Shown piece after piece: positions 37,301-51,869 of a stretch of 64,000 nucleotides of DNA. This DNA is from Hypanus sabinus (taxonomy: Eukaryota), in assembly GCF_030144855.1 (NCBI RefSeq), contig NC_082722.1:27218001-27282000 (forward strand), in the 5' to 3' direction. The notes under the pieces were generated by a model, which was given only the letters and a program-made list of their open reading frames with translations, did no database searches and was not told the DNA's origin. A program made the translations under genes and the position numbers. How positions within the stretch are numbered: position 1 is the first letter of the stretch; each line of letters opens with the position of its first letter.

Positions 37301-39500
37301 AAAATAAGTAACCATCCTCGTGAGTTTCTGTATTGCAACAGGGTTTGATTTTATTTGTGAACCAAAGTATTTTGATTATTAAACCTGTTTTAAAGGCTTG
37401 CATACAGGCCCATATGGCAATAAAATAAGAATAATTTGCTGACCTTTAAACTGTTTGATAAACATCTGTAGTTGTGAAATAATGACCACAACATTTGAAT
37501 TCCAGCGAACATCACGATCATTTGACAACTACAACTGATGGGGGTTGGATGAACACAAAAAATAAAGTAAATGGCAGGATAGTACTTTCCAAGAACCACT
37601 CATTTGGCAATAAAATGTAGACAAGAGACTTCCGACGCTGAAACACCGAGCAACTCCAGTTTGAGTTGGCGGAATTCAGCCCGCCAGGCAGCATCAAGGG
37701 AGGAAAATAGACAGTCGACGGATGGAGCCGAAGCTCTTCATGTCCACATTATTGTTTAGACAGGAAATTAGCTCGTGAGGAAAATCGAAATTAACCTTTC
37801 TAATCTTCATCCCAGGACTTTAATTTCCGTTTTTGTAACTGTTGAAAGTTTGAAATAACTTTATAAAGATTTTATATTTTATTATTTATATTAGTCATAT
37901 TTTCATACTTGAAACTTTATAAATGATTTAATCACTTTAAGGGGAAATGTTTTGTCAATCTGGTTAATACCAGAAATTGTCTGTCAAGTTACTTCCCCGT
38001 TTTATATGTGCGGGTAATTTGTGCACCCCAACCGCCAAGACACCATATATAACGGAAAACACTGATAATGTACTTGGCCTCGTCCTGTAAAACTTTCCAA
38101 ATATTTCCATGATCTAGAATACAGAGAGTTGCTGTAGATAATACTGTTCTGATATCATCCTAACATTTCTGATGAGTTCTGCTGGGATACATCTCACCAC
38201 ATAATCAACATAAATCGAACAACACGGAAGGAAAATAAATGTAGAATGTTTGGGATATACCCGATTAGGTTGGCACCTTCTGTGAAGAGAAAAATAGGCT
38301 GGGAGCTTTCACCACGCAATAAACCCGAAAAAAAAAACTGAATCTGGCATTTTCCACAACGGCTTCCGAAGTCGGTGTGGACTCCGCATTTACAGCATTC
38401 ATGGCTTTTGCTTCCATTCAGAAGCAACTCACGCACACCAGATACTACCCAGCTTATTTAATATCTTGTTTGCTTGCATTTGTCATTTTAAAATATAATG
38501 GAACTTCGTGGTCCTGGAATAAGCGTCAAATGCTCACAAATTAGTCAATCAGTATAATATATTTTTTTCCTGAATCGTAACTCCCGAGCCTTCGCTGTCT
38601 ACCCATTTCAACATTCAACTCAGAACAATTTAAACGGACAGAAAATGCTATGCATATATAAATAATACTTGTCTAGCATATTTTAATATTTGTGCTTACA
38701 TTAATGTAAGGCAATTTGTCCCCAGTATTCAGTCTTATCCTTACGGGATATCACCGAAATTCAGGCAACTGTTGTAGCTGAAAATAATCGATATTTTTTT
38801 TTTCCAACTGGACATTTTCACGATACATTTGCTCGGTGGATAAAAAGAGAGTTTCTCTCCTGGCATTGAATCTATTTTGCCTATTCGCGTTCTGAAGAAC
38901 GGTCTCGGTCTGAAATGTCGATGCTGCCTAAGGTGCTGATTTCCTACAGCAATTTGTGTACTGCAGTTCTGGATTTTCCGCATCAGAAAAAAATCTTGTG
39001 ATTATAAATCTAACCTGTCTAGCATTAAAAAGTGCAATTATTCACTGGTCTTAGAAAAATATTCGAATATTTAAAACATGTTTATAACCTATATAAAAAT
39101 GGCTGGTATGCGTTTGTTGTTTTCGAGTGACATATCGTGAGTACAGAAACACACACGTTTCACAAATAGCTTTACATCTAATTTACTTAAGTTATTTTTT
39201 TATCTTTTCACTTAAGCGTTAAATGCGATAGCGTGGGTATCTGCAACTTACTCGCCTGAGGCGGTGAAGCTTCTGACCGCATGGAGTTTCCATTTTGTCA
39301 TCAGCTAACTGTGAGTGCAGTTACTTTGCTGTGTGTGCTGACTCGTTTAGGTTTTACATCTGCCCTTGATTTACCCTGTCATTGAAATTGCAGTAAAGTT
39401 CGCACTGTAGGACTTAAAATCGTGTTTCACATGCAGAATATGTGCGTCTATCGACAAATTATTTACACTTTCATCAAGTCGGTACAAAGGAAAACACAGC

Positions 39501-39632
39501 NNNNNNNNNNNNNNNNNNNNNNNNNNNNNNNNNNNNNNNNNNNNNNNNNNNNNNNNNNNNNNNNNNNNNNNNNNNNNNNNNNNNNNNNNNNNNNNNNNNN
39601 NNNNNNNNNNNNNNNNNNNNNNNNNNNNNNNN
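39501..39632. other. Assembly gap
   Basis: Run of N. Confidence 1.
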
Positions 39633-40481
39633 ACATGCGGCATGAACATTTATTTAAGTATAGTTTTAAAATTTTTGCCATATCTTGATGGAGCGCAGCA
39701 AAAAGAATCACTTAAACACGTTCTGATTCTGAGCACTTCAATAATATGACTCGTGAATGAACCGTGAAACACACAAAAAGTTAGGTTACCAAAAGGAGTA
39801 CAAAAGAGAAGAAAAACACTAAATTCCAGAGATCAGATTCCGCATTGTTCGCTGTGGAAGACAGACAATATTTGCGGTTTGGGGAATGGAGAACACCGCA
39901 AATCAGCCGAGATATACTTTTGGCTCTGGGTGTGAGCCTGAAAAGGAGGATAGAATCAGGAAGAACGAAAGCACAGAGAGATTTGAAAGGATGAATAACT
40001 ATTATAAAATCCGTGTTTTGCTTCACTAAATGGCAGAGTGTGTCGGTGACCGCGTGGATTTTAGATAAACGGGTCGCATACACATATCATAACCAGTCAC
40101 GCAGTTCTTAGAATTAGACATCCATATTAACATGTATATATAGTCCCCCAGTAATGTCCCCTCGCCCAGGAGTGCACAAAGCAACTCAAATGCAGACATT
40201 TCTTCTGCATCTACTCGGACTGCAATACCCTGAAATTGTTCAATCCGATTGCTTCCCCAGAAAAATTGAAGGAAATTTGACCAATCCTCTAACATTCTAA
40301 CTGACAGTGACCCGAAATTTTATGAATTATAAAGACACTTTAATTGCAAGGACACAGTATGTTCCCACATCTAGATTTTTGTAACAGTACCCTCTTCATA
40401 CTAATGCACATTTTCACTTATCTTGCATTAACTTACGTTCCTCCAAAACTATGTGATGCAGTACGGGACATGTCCCCTCGT

Positions 40482-40667
40482 NNNNNNNNNNNNNNNNNNN
40501 NNNNNNNNNNNNNNNNNNNNNNNNNNNNNNNNNNNNNNNNNNNNNNNNNNNNNNNNNNNNNNNNNNNNNNNNNNNNNNNNNNNNNNNNNNNNNNNNNNNN
40601 NNNNNNNNNNNNNNNNNNNNNNNNNNNNNNNNNNNNNNNNNNNNNNNNNNNNNNNNNNNNNNNNNNN
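40482..40667. other. Assembly gap
   Basis: Run of N. Confidence 1.
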
Positions 40668-41779
40668 TGAAGTACAAGCATAGCAAAGCAAGTTTATTTC
40701 TCACCTGCTTGCAAAATTTAGACTGGTGTTTAGCATTGTGGCTTTCTGGAGTTTTTTTTCAATAAATACTACTGTGTAGAACTAATTGTGTAATGCTTTT
40801 GTGTAATGACGTTGAGGTGGTATCAGTTGTAGACATCACGATTGGGACAAGGTATACCCTGTTCCTGTTCCATAGTCTTTCAATGTTCTCATTTAATTTC
40901 ATGTGATTTTCAGTCACTGATTTCTGTATATTGTGTGTTCTTGGAATGGCTATATCTATTAAGTAAGTATTTTTTGCTTGTTTAGCCTGTAATATTTATT
41001 TGCGAACGTTTCTTATAAATAGCCTCATTTGTAATAATGGATTAAGCGCGATATAGCTTGTGAAACTCTGATTCTCAAACTGAACCAGACTCAAATTTAT
41101 CGTAAGGTATATTTCCACTTCTGAGTTTGAAAGTTAAAACAAGATTTTGATAAACAACGTTTGCCACTTGATTGCACCTAACTAAGTAAACGGATTGACT
41201 TCAACTTCTGCAAGGTCCTGTTATGTGTTTAATTGCTTTTGGGTTCTCTCGGCATTTCCTGCATGAATCGTCTAACCTTTGTTGATTTTATATTCTGTAT
41301 TTTTGATATTCAAAATAATCTGAATATACCCTGGGGATGTCTACAAAAATGTCATATTCGTCCACTGGTTATTTTTTCCCCTCGAGTGATAATTTCTTAT
41401 TTTTTCTCGTCTGTGCTTTAATATCAGTTTAGTGGTGTGTACTTCTATTCAGAATTGCACGTGCTCGCCTACAAAGCTGAATCCTGTTTTCATTGATGAA
41501 AGTGCATCCTTAGATATTTTATCTGACTGTTTTACAAAGTTAATTTATGCATGATATTCCTCTTCCCTCTTCTGTCCTAGGTAATATTAACCTAAGAGCG
41601 TTCGTATGTACGCTGTGTTTTTCTAAAATGTATAATTTTAATTCCTTTTTTCCTTGTAAATTTTCCAGATGGGCTTCGACTCAAGATATTATGCCAGAAG
41701 AATAGGTTAATATGTTATATTATTAATATTATTAGTATTATATAAGTACCGTAGTTGCCAACGTACGCGAGTAGCCAGG

Positions 41780-42625
41780 TATTTGACGTCAATGGTTGGT
41801 AAATTAATGGAAAATATTCTTAGAGATGGCACATATAATTATCTGGATATACAGGATCTGAATAGGAACAGTCAATATGGATTTGTGAGTGGAAGCTCAT
41901 GTTTGACAAATCTTATTGCATTTTTGAAGAGATTACTAGGAAAGATGACGAGGGTAAAGCAGTGGATGCTGTCTATATGGACTTCAGTAAGGCCTTTGAC
42001 AAGGTTCCACATGGAAGTTTTGTTAGGAAGGTTCGATCATTAGGTACTAATATTGAAGAAGTACAATGGATTCAACAGTGGCTGGATGGGAGAACCAGGG
42101 AATATTGGTGGATAACTGTTTGACAGGTTGGAGTCTGGTAACTAGTGGTGTGCCTCAGGGATCTGTACTGGGTCCAATGTTGCTTGTCATATACATTAAT
42201 GATCTGGATCATGGGTGGTAAATTGAATAAGTAAGTATGCAGATGATACAAAGATAGCTGGCGTAGTGGATAATGAAGTGGGTTTTCAACGCTTGCAGAG
42301 AGATTTAGGCCACCTAGAAGAGTGGGCTGAAAAATGACAGATGGAGTTTAATGCTGATAAGTGTGAGCTGCTACATTTTAGTAGGACTAATCAAAATAGG
42401 AAATATATGGTAAATGGTGGGGCATTGAGGAATGCAGTTGATCAGAGTAATCTAGGAATAATGGTGCACAGATCCCTGAATGTGCAATCTCATGTAGATA
42501 GGGTGATGAAGAAAGCTTTTGCTATGCTGGCCTTTATAAATCAGAGCATTGAGGACAGGAGTTGGGATGCAATATTAAAATTGTACAAGGCATTAGTGAG
42601 GCCAAATTTGAAGTATTGTGCACAG
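41780..42625 (+). mobile_element. CR1 LINE RT fragment
   Basis: SQYGFVSGSSCLTNL, YMDFSKAFDKVPH, KYADDTK, ALVRPNLKYCAQ. Confidence 0.9.
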
Positions 42626-42790
42626 TGCAAACACGAGGAAAACTGCAGATGCTGGAAATTCAAACAATACACACAAAATGCTAGTGGAACACAGCAGGCC
42701 TGGCAGCATCTATCGGGAGGAGTGCTGTCGATGTTTCGGGCGCGATACCCTTCTTCAGGATTAACTGAAATAAGGATATACTGAGCAGGC
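42626..42790 (-). mobile_element. Penelope-like terminal fragment abutting CR1
   Basis: ctgcagatgctggaaattc...cacacaaaatgctag...gtcgatgtttcggg motif. Confidence 0.65.
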
Positions 42791-42819
42791 AACATTGTTT
42801 AACTTTGTTCTGTATTTAA

Positions 42820-43105
42820 TTTATTTGCTGAAAGATTCAGCACAGAACTGAGCATTCCCGTCCAGTTAGCAGCGCAACCAACAACCTACTTCCTTAAGTC
42901 CAGTCTAATCAGAGGAGAATTTACAATAATGGATTAACTTACTAATCTGTCGGAGGAAAGCAGAGCACCCGGAGGAAGCTCGCGCGGGTCACGGGGAGAA
43001 ATTATAAATTTATTTAAAAATAGAGCCAGAATTGAAATGTAAACTCTGGAACACCCTGAAATGATACAGTGTCGCGTTAACTGTTATGCTACCGTGGCGC
43101 CCATA
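42820..43105 (-). mobile_element. tRNA-derived SINE (V-SINE-like)
   Basis: ggaggaaagcagagcacccggaggaagc core, reverse complement of the core at 5.57 kb. Confidence 0.65.
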
Positions 43106-43699
43106 ATTACGAAGTTACACTAATTAGTCTGAAAATAAGTCGACTTTTTAGCATAATTTTCTTTCAGCTATATTTGAATATGATCTGTGACTTGCAATGT
43201 GATGCGTGGTTCTCACCGCATATTCTCTCTGCTGATGTTTCTGCAATTTCAAGAGGATGTTTTACATGGATTGAACATGAATTCCATGCTGTATAAGCCA
43301 ATCTACTTATTTTTGGTCAACCTTCAGCTTGAGAAATACTGTTAATTCTTGGCGATAATACTTTTAAAATATTTCTTCACATCGATGATAATATCTTCCC
43401 AATTCCTTCTCTTTGCTATCTAAGTATTGCCCCGTTCATTCAGTGATGATAATGGCTTCCCTAAAATTGTAAATTACCAAAATAGCCTGTTGCCTGTAAT
43501 TTCACTGCTGAAGCCTTATAAGGTGTTGATCAGTCCATAGTTGTAAAATTGTGAGCTATTTTGTTCGCTCTGGAACAAAGGATGCCCTGGGCCTGGAAAA
43601 TGTCCACAGGAGCTTCACAAACACGATCCCAGACATAAAATGATAAACAGCGAGGGCATTGGTTTTCTCTGTGCCTGTCGTGGGCGGAGTTCATCAGAT

Positions 43700-44545
43700 C
43701 ATAAGACCATAAGAGATAGGAGCTGAATTAGGCCATTTGATCCAGTGAGCCTGCTTTGCCATTCCATCAAGGATCATCTAATTTTCCTCTGAGTTCCAAT
43801 CTCCTACCATCTCTCTGTGTCCCTTCATGACCTGACCAAATAAGAATCTATCAACCTCTACTTCAAATCTACCTAAATACTTCGCCTTCACAGCTGTCTG
43901 TGGTCAGTACTTCCCCTCTTTCACCATTATTTGGCTGTAGAAATTACTCCTCATCTCTATTCAAATATGACGCCCTTTCCTCTAAGATTGTGTGCTCTCG
44001 TAGCAGGCACATCCATCTAAGGAGACATCCTGTCCATATACACTCTATCAAGCCCGTTCACTATCTGACAGTTTTCAATAAATTTACCTCTCATTCTTTT
44101 GAATTCTAGTTAATGTAGGCCCGGAGCCATCAAACGCTCTTCATATGAGCGCCGGGTTTGGGGGTGGTGTGGAATGCTGTGAGTAATCTCAATGAAACCT
44201 GCCAGATACTGAGAAGCCCAAGGAGAGCAGATGGGGAGAAATGTTTCCCTTTTGTAGCGCAGGCCAGGATCAAAGGTATCTAATGTTCATTGAAGAGACA
44301 TTCCTTCGAATTAGCAAGTTTCTTTTTTCTCGCCGAGTTTGCTGAAACGGTGGAATTCGCTGCCAGAGAAGGCTGCAGGAGCCAAGCTATTATTCGTATT
44401 TTAAGGCCGAAATTAAAATGTTGTTGATTGGTCCGGTGTTTAAAGGTTACGAGTAAAAGACGGGAGAATGGGATTGAAAAGTATGATCTTGGATTCAATG
44501 GCGGAGCAGAATGGATCAGCTAAATTTCCTAATTCTATTCCTGTT
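43700..44545. mobile_element. Two opposed degenerate CR1 3' fragments (minus about 43700-44145; plus about 44200-44545)
   Basis: cataagaccataagagataggagc tail on one; 3' UTR motifs on the other. Confidence 0.7.
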
Positions 44546-45084
44546 CTGCCAGTCTTATAATCACTGCAGAACTCTTGAAGCGTTATTAATCTGATTAACC
44601 TTTCTTATGAAAAGATTTTGAAGGGATTACCGTAACGTGTAAAGATTTTGCTGGATCAATAATCAACGACCAGAGTTTTGGTTCTCATCTGTAGATTGTT
44701 CAAAATGTAATGCAACCAAAATGATTCACTTCTTTTTTTTCATTTGTATTTGATCACTGCTGTCCTTAAAGTCAGTTAAACTAATCAAACGCATTCATTT
44801 ATAGCATCAAATGAAGTCTATTTATTAATTTGTTTACTATTTATTTATTTTTATTTTTAATTGTATTATGTTCCACATTAGTTTTTGGTCAATATAATTC
44901 TGTAGTTTTCAGTGACTCTACTGTATTTCTCCGTTCTGCTGCGAAAGCTTGCAAGGAAATGAATCTCTAGGTTGTATATCGTGATTTGCACATACGTTGA
45001 TAATAAAGTTAATTCTAATTTCGAACTTTTGAGCTTTAACCTTTTCGACCAGTAATATAACAGGAAGATATATATATATATATA

Positions 45085-45235
45085 GTGATTGATAAGTTCG
45101 TGGTCAAAGGTAGAAGGAGATGAGTTATGCAGCTCTCGTTACATGCACGTGCAGTTCAGCACTTTAAGTGAAAGTGAGGAAAGATTGAAGTTAATAACTC
45201 ATCTCCTTCTACTTTGGCCACGAACTTAACGATTA
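45085..45235. mobile_element. MITE (Tc1/mariner-type) with about 35-bp terminal inverted repeats
   Basis: taagttcgtggtcaaaggtagaaggagatgagttat versus ataactcatctccttctactttggccacgaactta; preceded by a TA run. Confidence 0.75.
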
Positions 45236-47709
45236 GTGTGTGTGTGTAAGCCAGACAACACTGGGCTGCGAGATTATTAAAGCACGAAAAGTGGTTAATT
45301 ATTGTTTAACGAGATTTGTTAATTGCACATAATTTCTCGTTACCGTTTTTTTTTAAATAGCTCGGGGATTCAGTGTGACTTGTACTATTTAAGAGTAAGG
45401 TCTTCTCGCACTATCGCTAATTTGGAGAAAGTTGCAGCCGTGGTGTTGTCCGGCTGAGTCACCGATGATCTGTTGTTATTCCTATTAGTAAATTCCGATC
45501 ACCATTCCTACAGGTCTGCCTAGGTCGCAGACTAGCCCTTCGAGACCCTCCATAATTCCCTTCATCCACATCTGAAAAAATTAGGTGACTGGTGAGATGC
45601 CAGAAGGGAGTATCGTCATGGCATACCGTCCACAAGGTGTGATAAAGTTTGTGAGCTCCTGTGACTCAGCAGCTCACTGAATATGCAAGAACCCTAAGTT
45701 TGGATATACATCAGTGAAGAATTTTGCTCCACCCGATGTTTGCTCAACGAAGTGAAGAATAAACTTCTACCACCTCACTACGTTATTCAGTTTAGCTCGA
45801 TCAACACAGACCCTCACTGTGCCATGTAGCTTGGAACAGGAATAGTGCCCGCTAATCAGCCGGTTAATCCATTCACTCTCATTATGATGTCAAGCGCCAC
45901 TTTTCTCCCAGTTTCGTCTTTGATGTTGTTCGTACGTGGAGGGTATACGATTCGCGGTGGTCAGAGGGTAGGGTATCACTCCTGGCCTCAGTTACATAAC
46001 GTTATCTTCTTTCAGTACCATCAGACCGGAAAACAAAGTCCTGTAAATTTCCTGCCACCGAGCATTGTTTAGCGAATCAAACCTTGCAATGTGGTTGAGC
46101 TTCAAGATGGCGTGTCGTTCCAATAGCACTGACAAGGGATTCTGAACAATATAGACATTTTCTTTTAACTGTTTCTCATTTTTTAATGAATGGAATTAGT
46201 AAACACCTATTTCCTCTACGAGGCAATGGGTTAAATACAGCAAATATGATCCTCTTAAAATTTTATTTGAAATTTGGATACGGATTGTTTTTTTTTAAGC
46301 AATCATACACTTCTCAATTCAGCCCCTTCCTCCCACCTCCGTCTTTTATAAGAAAACCGAAGGCATTCATGGGGAGTTAAAAAGGAACTAAATGTCCCTG
46401 TAATCCCTCTGTAGGAAGCATCTTCCATCATTACACTGGACGTCAGGCCGACCGAGGAATTGACAGCTCTGAGAGTTCTCTCGAGGTGATCATTTGCTCT
46501 CACACACATTCAGGTACAGAGTTTCGTCCATGGCTCGCAATCAGAAGCTGTAATCTCTGACCAACCCGTTTTTTCATTTGCAAAAGAGAAAGACCTCAAA
46601 CTAAAAGATTATGTCATTAGTGGAACCCCTGTTTAACTCTAGCTCTCAAATTAAGTCAGAATGTGATGCACTGAACGAAATTGCAAGGTGATTGACGAAG
46701 GCCAGTATGCGTCAGGCCAGCCTTATGGATGCGTAGTCAATCTTTTAAAGTAAATAGAATCAATTATTGTTTTTTTACTTCTTCCGAGGTAGCTAGTTTG
46801 ATACAGTGAAACAATTTCTATATGTAGCTATGGAGTATGTCAATGATGTACGTTTAATAAAATTACACGAAGTTGAAGACGACAGTTGAAGACATGTTAA
46901 ACGCTTCTATATAAAGGTAATTGGAGATAGTATATTATTATCTTGATTCGCTTGTGCGTGAACTGTTTAAACATCACGTGGTCGTTGTACACTAGTCATC
47001 ATACAGCCATTAGTGTGTGATCTTGGTTTAATGGCTATCAAATCCGTTACAGTTGGAAAAGAAGTTTTGCTACGTACTTTCTCTTCGTACGAGGGTAACA
47101 CTGCACAAGGCTTAGAAATTAATATATTCAGCAGCGCCCTACATTACCTCGCGTGGCACTGTTCTAGCATTTGCACTCTGAGATTAAATCCAATTTAAGG
47201 TAATCTAATTATTTTCTTTTTCATTCCGCACTACGAGCACTCAACACCCATATATTTATTACTACCTCACTAGATCGTTATTTATTTTTTATAATAGAAT
47301 GAAAAATCCTAGATGTCTCAACAGGATCGTCTATCTGCCTCCCTCTTATACCTTCCCTTACCGGTTATGACATGGAATACGTTTTTGAATGCATTTTGAA
47401 ATAATATTTAAAAGAAAATTTAAAATTAATTTCTAATGCAGATTTAAACAGCTTTTTTTCCGTATAGCACCTTCACATTCAGTGAAAATCAATCTTTTTT
47501 CTTAGCTAAATGTAATGGATCTGCTGTCCAGCTACCCCTCTTTGAATGTAAATGAATCTTATTCCTATTCATTTTTCTTTTTACATGATTTCACAGTATT
47601 TCCATTGATGCCTTGAGGACGATGAAAAAATACATAAAATAAATTGTAAAACAATAGGCATACAAAATGATTATCTAGCTCCCTAATAATGTCAGATTGT
47701 GATCCTTAC

Positions 47710-50700
47710 CCAGTGAAGTAAGGTCGGGTAAGTTTCTTTAATTAATTTAATTAACTTAGGAGTAGGAACTGGAGGCAGCATTTAGGGCAATCGAGTGCTC
47801 CGTAAACAGTATGTGCGAAGTCAAAGATAGCACAATTGTCCCTGATGATTACACCTGCAAAAGGTGCATCCAGCTGAAGCTCCTGAGAAATCGAGTTAGG
47901 GAAATGGAGCGGGAGCTGTATGAACTTCGGATCATTCGTGCGGCCGAGGCAGAAATAGACAGAAGGTTCAGGCTGACTATTACCCCTGTAAGCCAGGAGG
48001 CAGGTAGCTGGCTGATTGTCAGGAGAGGGAAGGGTAATTGACAGAAAGAGCAGAGCACCCCATTAGCACTTCCGATCAACAATAAGTAAACCATTTTGGA
48101 TACTGTTGGTGGGGACTGTCAACCAGGGACAAGTTGTAGTAGTCGCGTCTCTGGCACCGAGACTGGACCCATAGCTCAGAAAGGAAGGAAGGACAAGAGG
48201 AGAGCAGTAGTGATAAGGGATTCGATAGTTAGGGGGACAGATAAGAGGTTCTATGGCAGAGGTCGAGAATCCTGGATGGTCTGTTGCCTCCCTGGTGACA
48301 GGTGAACGATATCTTGAATCGAGTTCTCGGTATTCGCAGGAGGAAGGCTGAGCAGACCGATGTCGTGGTTCATGTGGAGACCAATAATGTGGATAGGAAG
48401 GAGGAGGAGGTCCTGCAAAGAGTGTTTAAGGAGTTAGGTGAAACGTTGAAGGACAGGACAACCAGGAGTGTCACGTGCTAGTGAGACTAGGAATAGGAAG
48501 ATAATGCAGTTAAATACGTGGCTAAGGAGGTGATGCAGAAGGAAGGGATTAATGTTTCTGGACAATTGGGCTTTGTTCCAGGCAAGATGGGACTTGTTCC
48601 GAGTGTACGATTTGCACCTGAACTGGAGGGTGACTAACATCGTTGCAAGGAGAATTGCTAGTTCTGCTCCATGAGGTTTAAGCTATATTTGCAGCGGGAA
48701 GGGAACCAGAGTGTAAGAGCAGATAGTGAGGTGGAGGAGGATAAAGATCTTGCGAAGGATGCGTGTATGGACAGAAATCAAAGGTTCGTACGTGATAGAA
48801 ATGTTCTCAGGTGCTTCTATTTCAATGCAAGGAGTATTGCAGGTAAGTAAGATGAGCTTAGGGTGTGGATTGATAAGTGTGAATACGACGTTATTCCTAT
48901 TAGTGAGACTTGGTTGCAGGAAGGGCAGGAGTGGCAGCTTAATATTCTGGGGTTCCATTTTTTCAGACATGATAGAGGCGGAGGTATGAATGGGGGTGGA
49001 GTGACATAACTAGTCAGGGAAAATATCACAGCTGTGCGTAGAAAGGACGGCCCGGAAGGCTTCTGGCCAGAGACCATATGGCTGAAGCTGAGGAACTGGA
49101 AAACTGTGACCCCACCAACAGGGTTGTATTATAGACCGCCCAATATTCAGAAAGAATTGGTGGAGCAAACCTGTGAGAGATAGCAGACAGATCTAAGAAA
49201 CATAAAGTAATAGTAGGATATTTTAACTTTCCACATCTTGACTGGGACACGCACACTGTGAACGGCCTAGTTTGTCAGCTCTGTTCATGAAAGTTTTCTA
49301 AATTAATTCATAGAAGTACCTAGAGACAGGATGCACAACTTGACCTCCTATTAGGGAACCGGACAGGTCAGGTGACAGAAGTATGTGTTGGTGAACATTT
49401 TGGGCCCAGTGACCATAATGTCATTAGTTTCCAGATAATTATGGGTAAGGGTAGGTCTGGTCCTGGAGTTGAGGTTCTAAATTTGACAAGGGCCAATTTT
49501 ATAGAATTGAGAAAGGATCTAGGAAGAGTGGATTGAAGTAAGTTGTTTTCTGGCAAGAATGTGTTCAGTAAGTGGAAGGCCTTCGAAGGCGAATTTTTGA
49601 GAGTGCAGAGTTTGCATGTCCCTGCCAGGATTAAAGGCAAAGTTAACAGGCAGAGAGATCCTTGGTTTTCAATTGATATTGGCGATCTGGTTAAGAAAAA
49701 AAGAAAGGTGTACAGCAGGTATAGTCAATAAGGAACAAATGAGATACTTGAAGAGTATAGAAAATGAAAGAAGATACTAAAGAAGGAAATCAGGAAGGCA
49801 AAAAAGAAGACAGAAGGTTGCTTTGACAAATAATAAGAAGGTAAACCCGAAGGTTTTCTACAAGTATATTAAGAGTAAAACGATTACAAGGGACTAAATT
49901 AGTCCCCTAGAAGATTAGAGTGATTGTCTATGTGTTGAGCCTCACGAGATAGGGAAGATCTTAAACAGTTATTTTGCATCAGTATTTACTCAGGAAACTG
50001 GCATAGCGTATATAGAAGGAAAGGAAACAAGTAGTAGTGTAATGGAACATATAAAGATTAAGAGGAGGAGATGCTTGCTGCCTTACAGCTAACAAAAGTA
50101 GATACGTACCCCGGGCCTGACATGATATTTCTTCGAACCTTGAGAGAAACTAGTGCAGAAATTGCAGGGACCCTGGCAGAAATTTTTAAATTTCCGTAGC
50201 AACAGGCGTGGTGCTGCAGCATTGGAGGGTAGCTCATGCTGTCCCAATGTTTAAAAAAAAGGCTCCCAAGGTAAACCAAGCCGGTGTACCTGACATCAGT
50301 AATGTGGAAATTATTGGAAGGTGCTCTCATAGATCGGATTTTCAAGTATTTGGACAGCCAAGTGTTAATTCAGGATAGGCCACATGGCCTTGTGCGTGGT
50401 AGATTGTATTTAACGAAACTTATAGAGATTTTCGAGGAGGTTACCAAGCAAGTAAATGAAGGAAAGGCTGTGGAAGTTGTCTACATAGATGTTAGTAAGG
50501 CCTTTGAAAAGGTCCCACATGGGAGGTTAGTTCAGAAGGTTCAGACACTAGGCATCCATTGAGAGGTTGTAAACTCGATTCGAAGTTGGCTGTGTAGGAG
50601 AAGGCACACAGCTGTGGATGATTGCTTCTCAGACTGGAGTCCTGTGACTAGTGGTGTAAGTCAGGGATCTGTGATGGGACCATTATTGTTTGTTGTCTAT

Positions 50701-51562
50701 ATCAATGACCTAGGTGATAATGTGGTAAATTGGATCAGCAAGTTTGTTGGTGACACTAAGAAAGGAGACGATCGGAAGGCTTTCAAAGTTTGCAGTGGGA
50801 TTTGGACCAACTGGAAGAAAGGGCCAACAAATGACAGATGGAAGTTAATGCTGACAAGTGTGAGGTGTCGCACTTTGAAAGGACAAATCAAATTAGGATA
50901 TATACAGTAAATGGTAAGGTACTGGGGATTATGGAGGAACAAATGGATCTGGGAGATCAAATACATAATTCCCTGAAAGTGGCGTAACAGGAGGGTCGGA
51001 AAGAAGGCTATTGGCATCATAGTATTCATAAATCAAGGTATTGAGTCTAGAAGGTCGAATGTTATGGCGAGATAATATAGGATAATGATGTTCAAATTTG
51101 GTGTATTGTGTGCAGTTCTGGTTACCTAACCAGGAAGGATATCAGTAATATTGAAAGAGAGCAGAGAAGATTTATTAGGATCTTGCCGGGTCTTCAGGAG
51201 TTGAGTTACAGGGAAAGATTGAAAAGGTTAAGATTTTATTCCATGGAGCATAGAAGGATGAGGGGGAATTTGATAGTTACAAAATTATGAGGTGTATAAA
51301 CAGAGTAAATGCGTGTAGACTCTTTTCACTTAGATTAGGAGAGATAAATACGAGAGGACATGGCTTTAGGGAGAAAGGGTAAAGGTTTAAGGGGAACATT
51401 TGGGAAAACGTCTTCATTCAGAGAGTGGTGGGAGTGTGTGGAACGAGCTGCCATCTGACGTGGTAAATGCGGGCTCACTCTTTCGTTTTAAGAATAAGTT
51501 AGATAGATGCATGGATAGGAGAGGTCAGGAGGGTTATGGACTGGATGCAAGTTAATGGACCA
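47710..51562 (+). mobile_element. Near full-length CR1 LINE, degenerate
   Basis: ORF1 (DDYTCKRCIQL; VIRDSIVRG), EN (attcctattagtgagacttgg), RT ([35 protein letters not shown]). Confidence 0.92.
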
Positions 51563-51785
51563 TTAAACAACGTTTCCTCTTTTATTTTCATGAGATTGTT
51601 TAAGATTTGGAAACAATTAGTAAAATAGAGAGCATTTTAAAATTTAGACCCTTGTATATTCGTTCTGAAAAAGTTATCGACTGGCCTAAAATTGCCAATC
51701 CACCATGAGTACATGCGAGTATTAGCATAAATGTACGAAGATCTACAGGAGCAAAGGGTTACATATGTAAGTCACATGTAATTAT

Positions 51786-51802
51786 ACTACTACTACTACT
51801 AC

Positions 51803-51850
<48 letters not shown>

Positions 51851-51851
51851 G
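51786..51851. repeat. Compound (TAC)n(AAT)n microsatellite
   Basis: Direct reading. Confidence 0.95.
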
Positions 51852-51869
51852 TAACTAAACAATAAATCT

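Noticed and set aside
39910-39930. RYTFGSG as an antigen-receptor J segment
   Set aside because: Not followed by T-x-L-x-V or a splice donor, and no upstream RSS.
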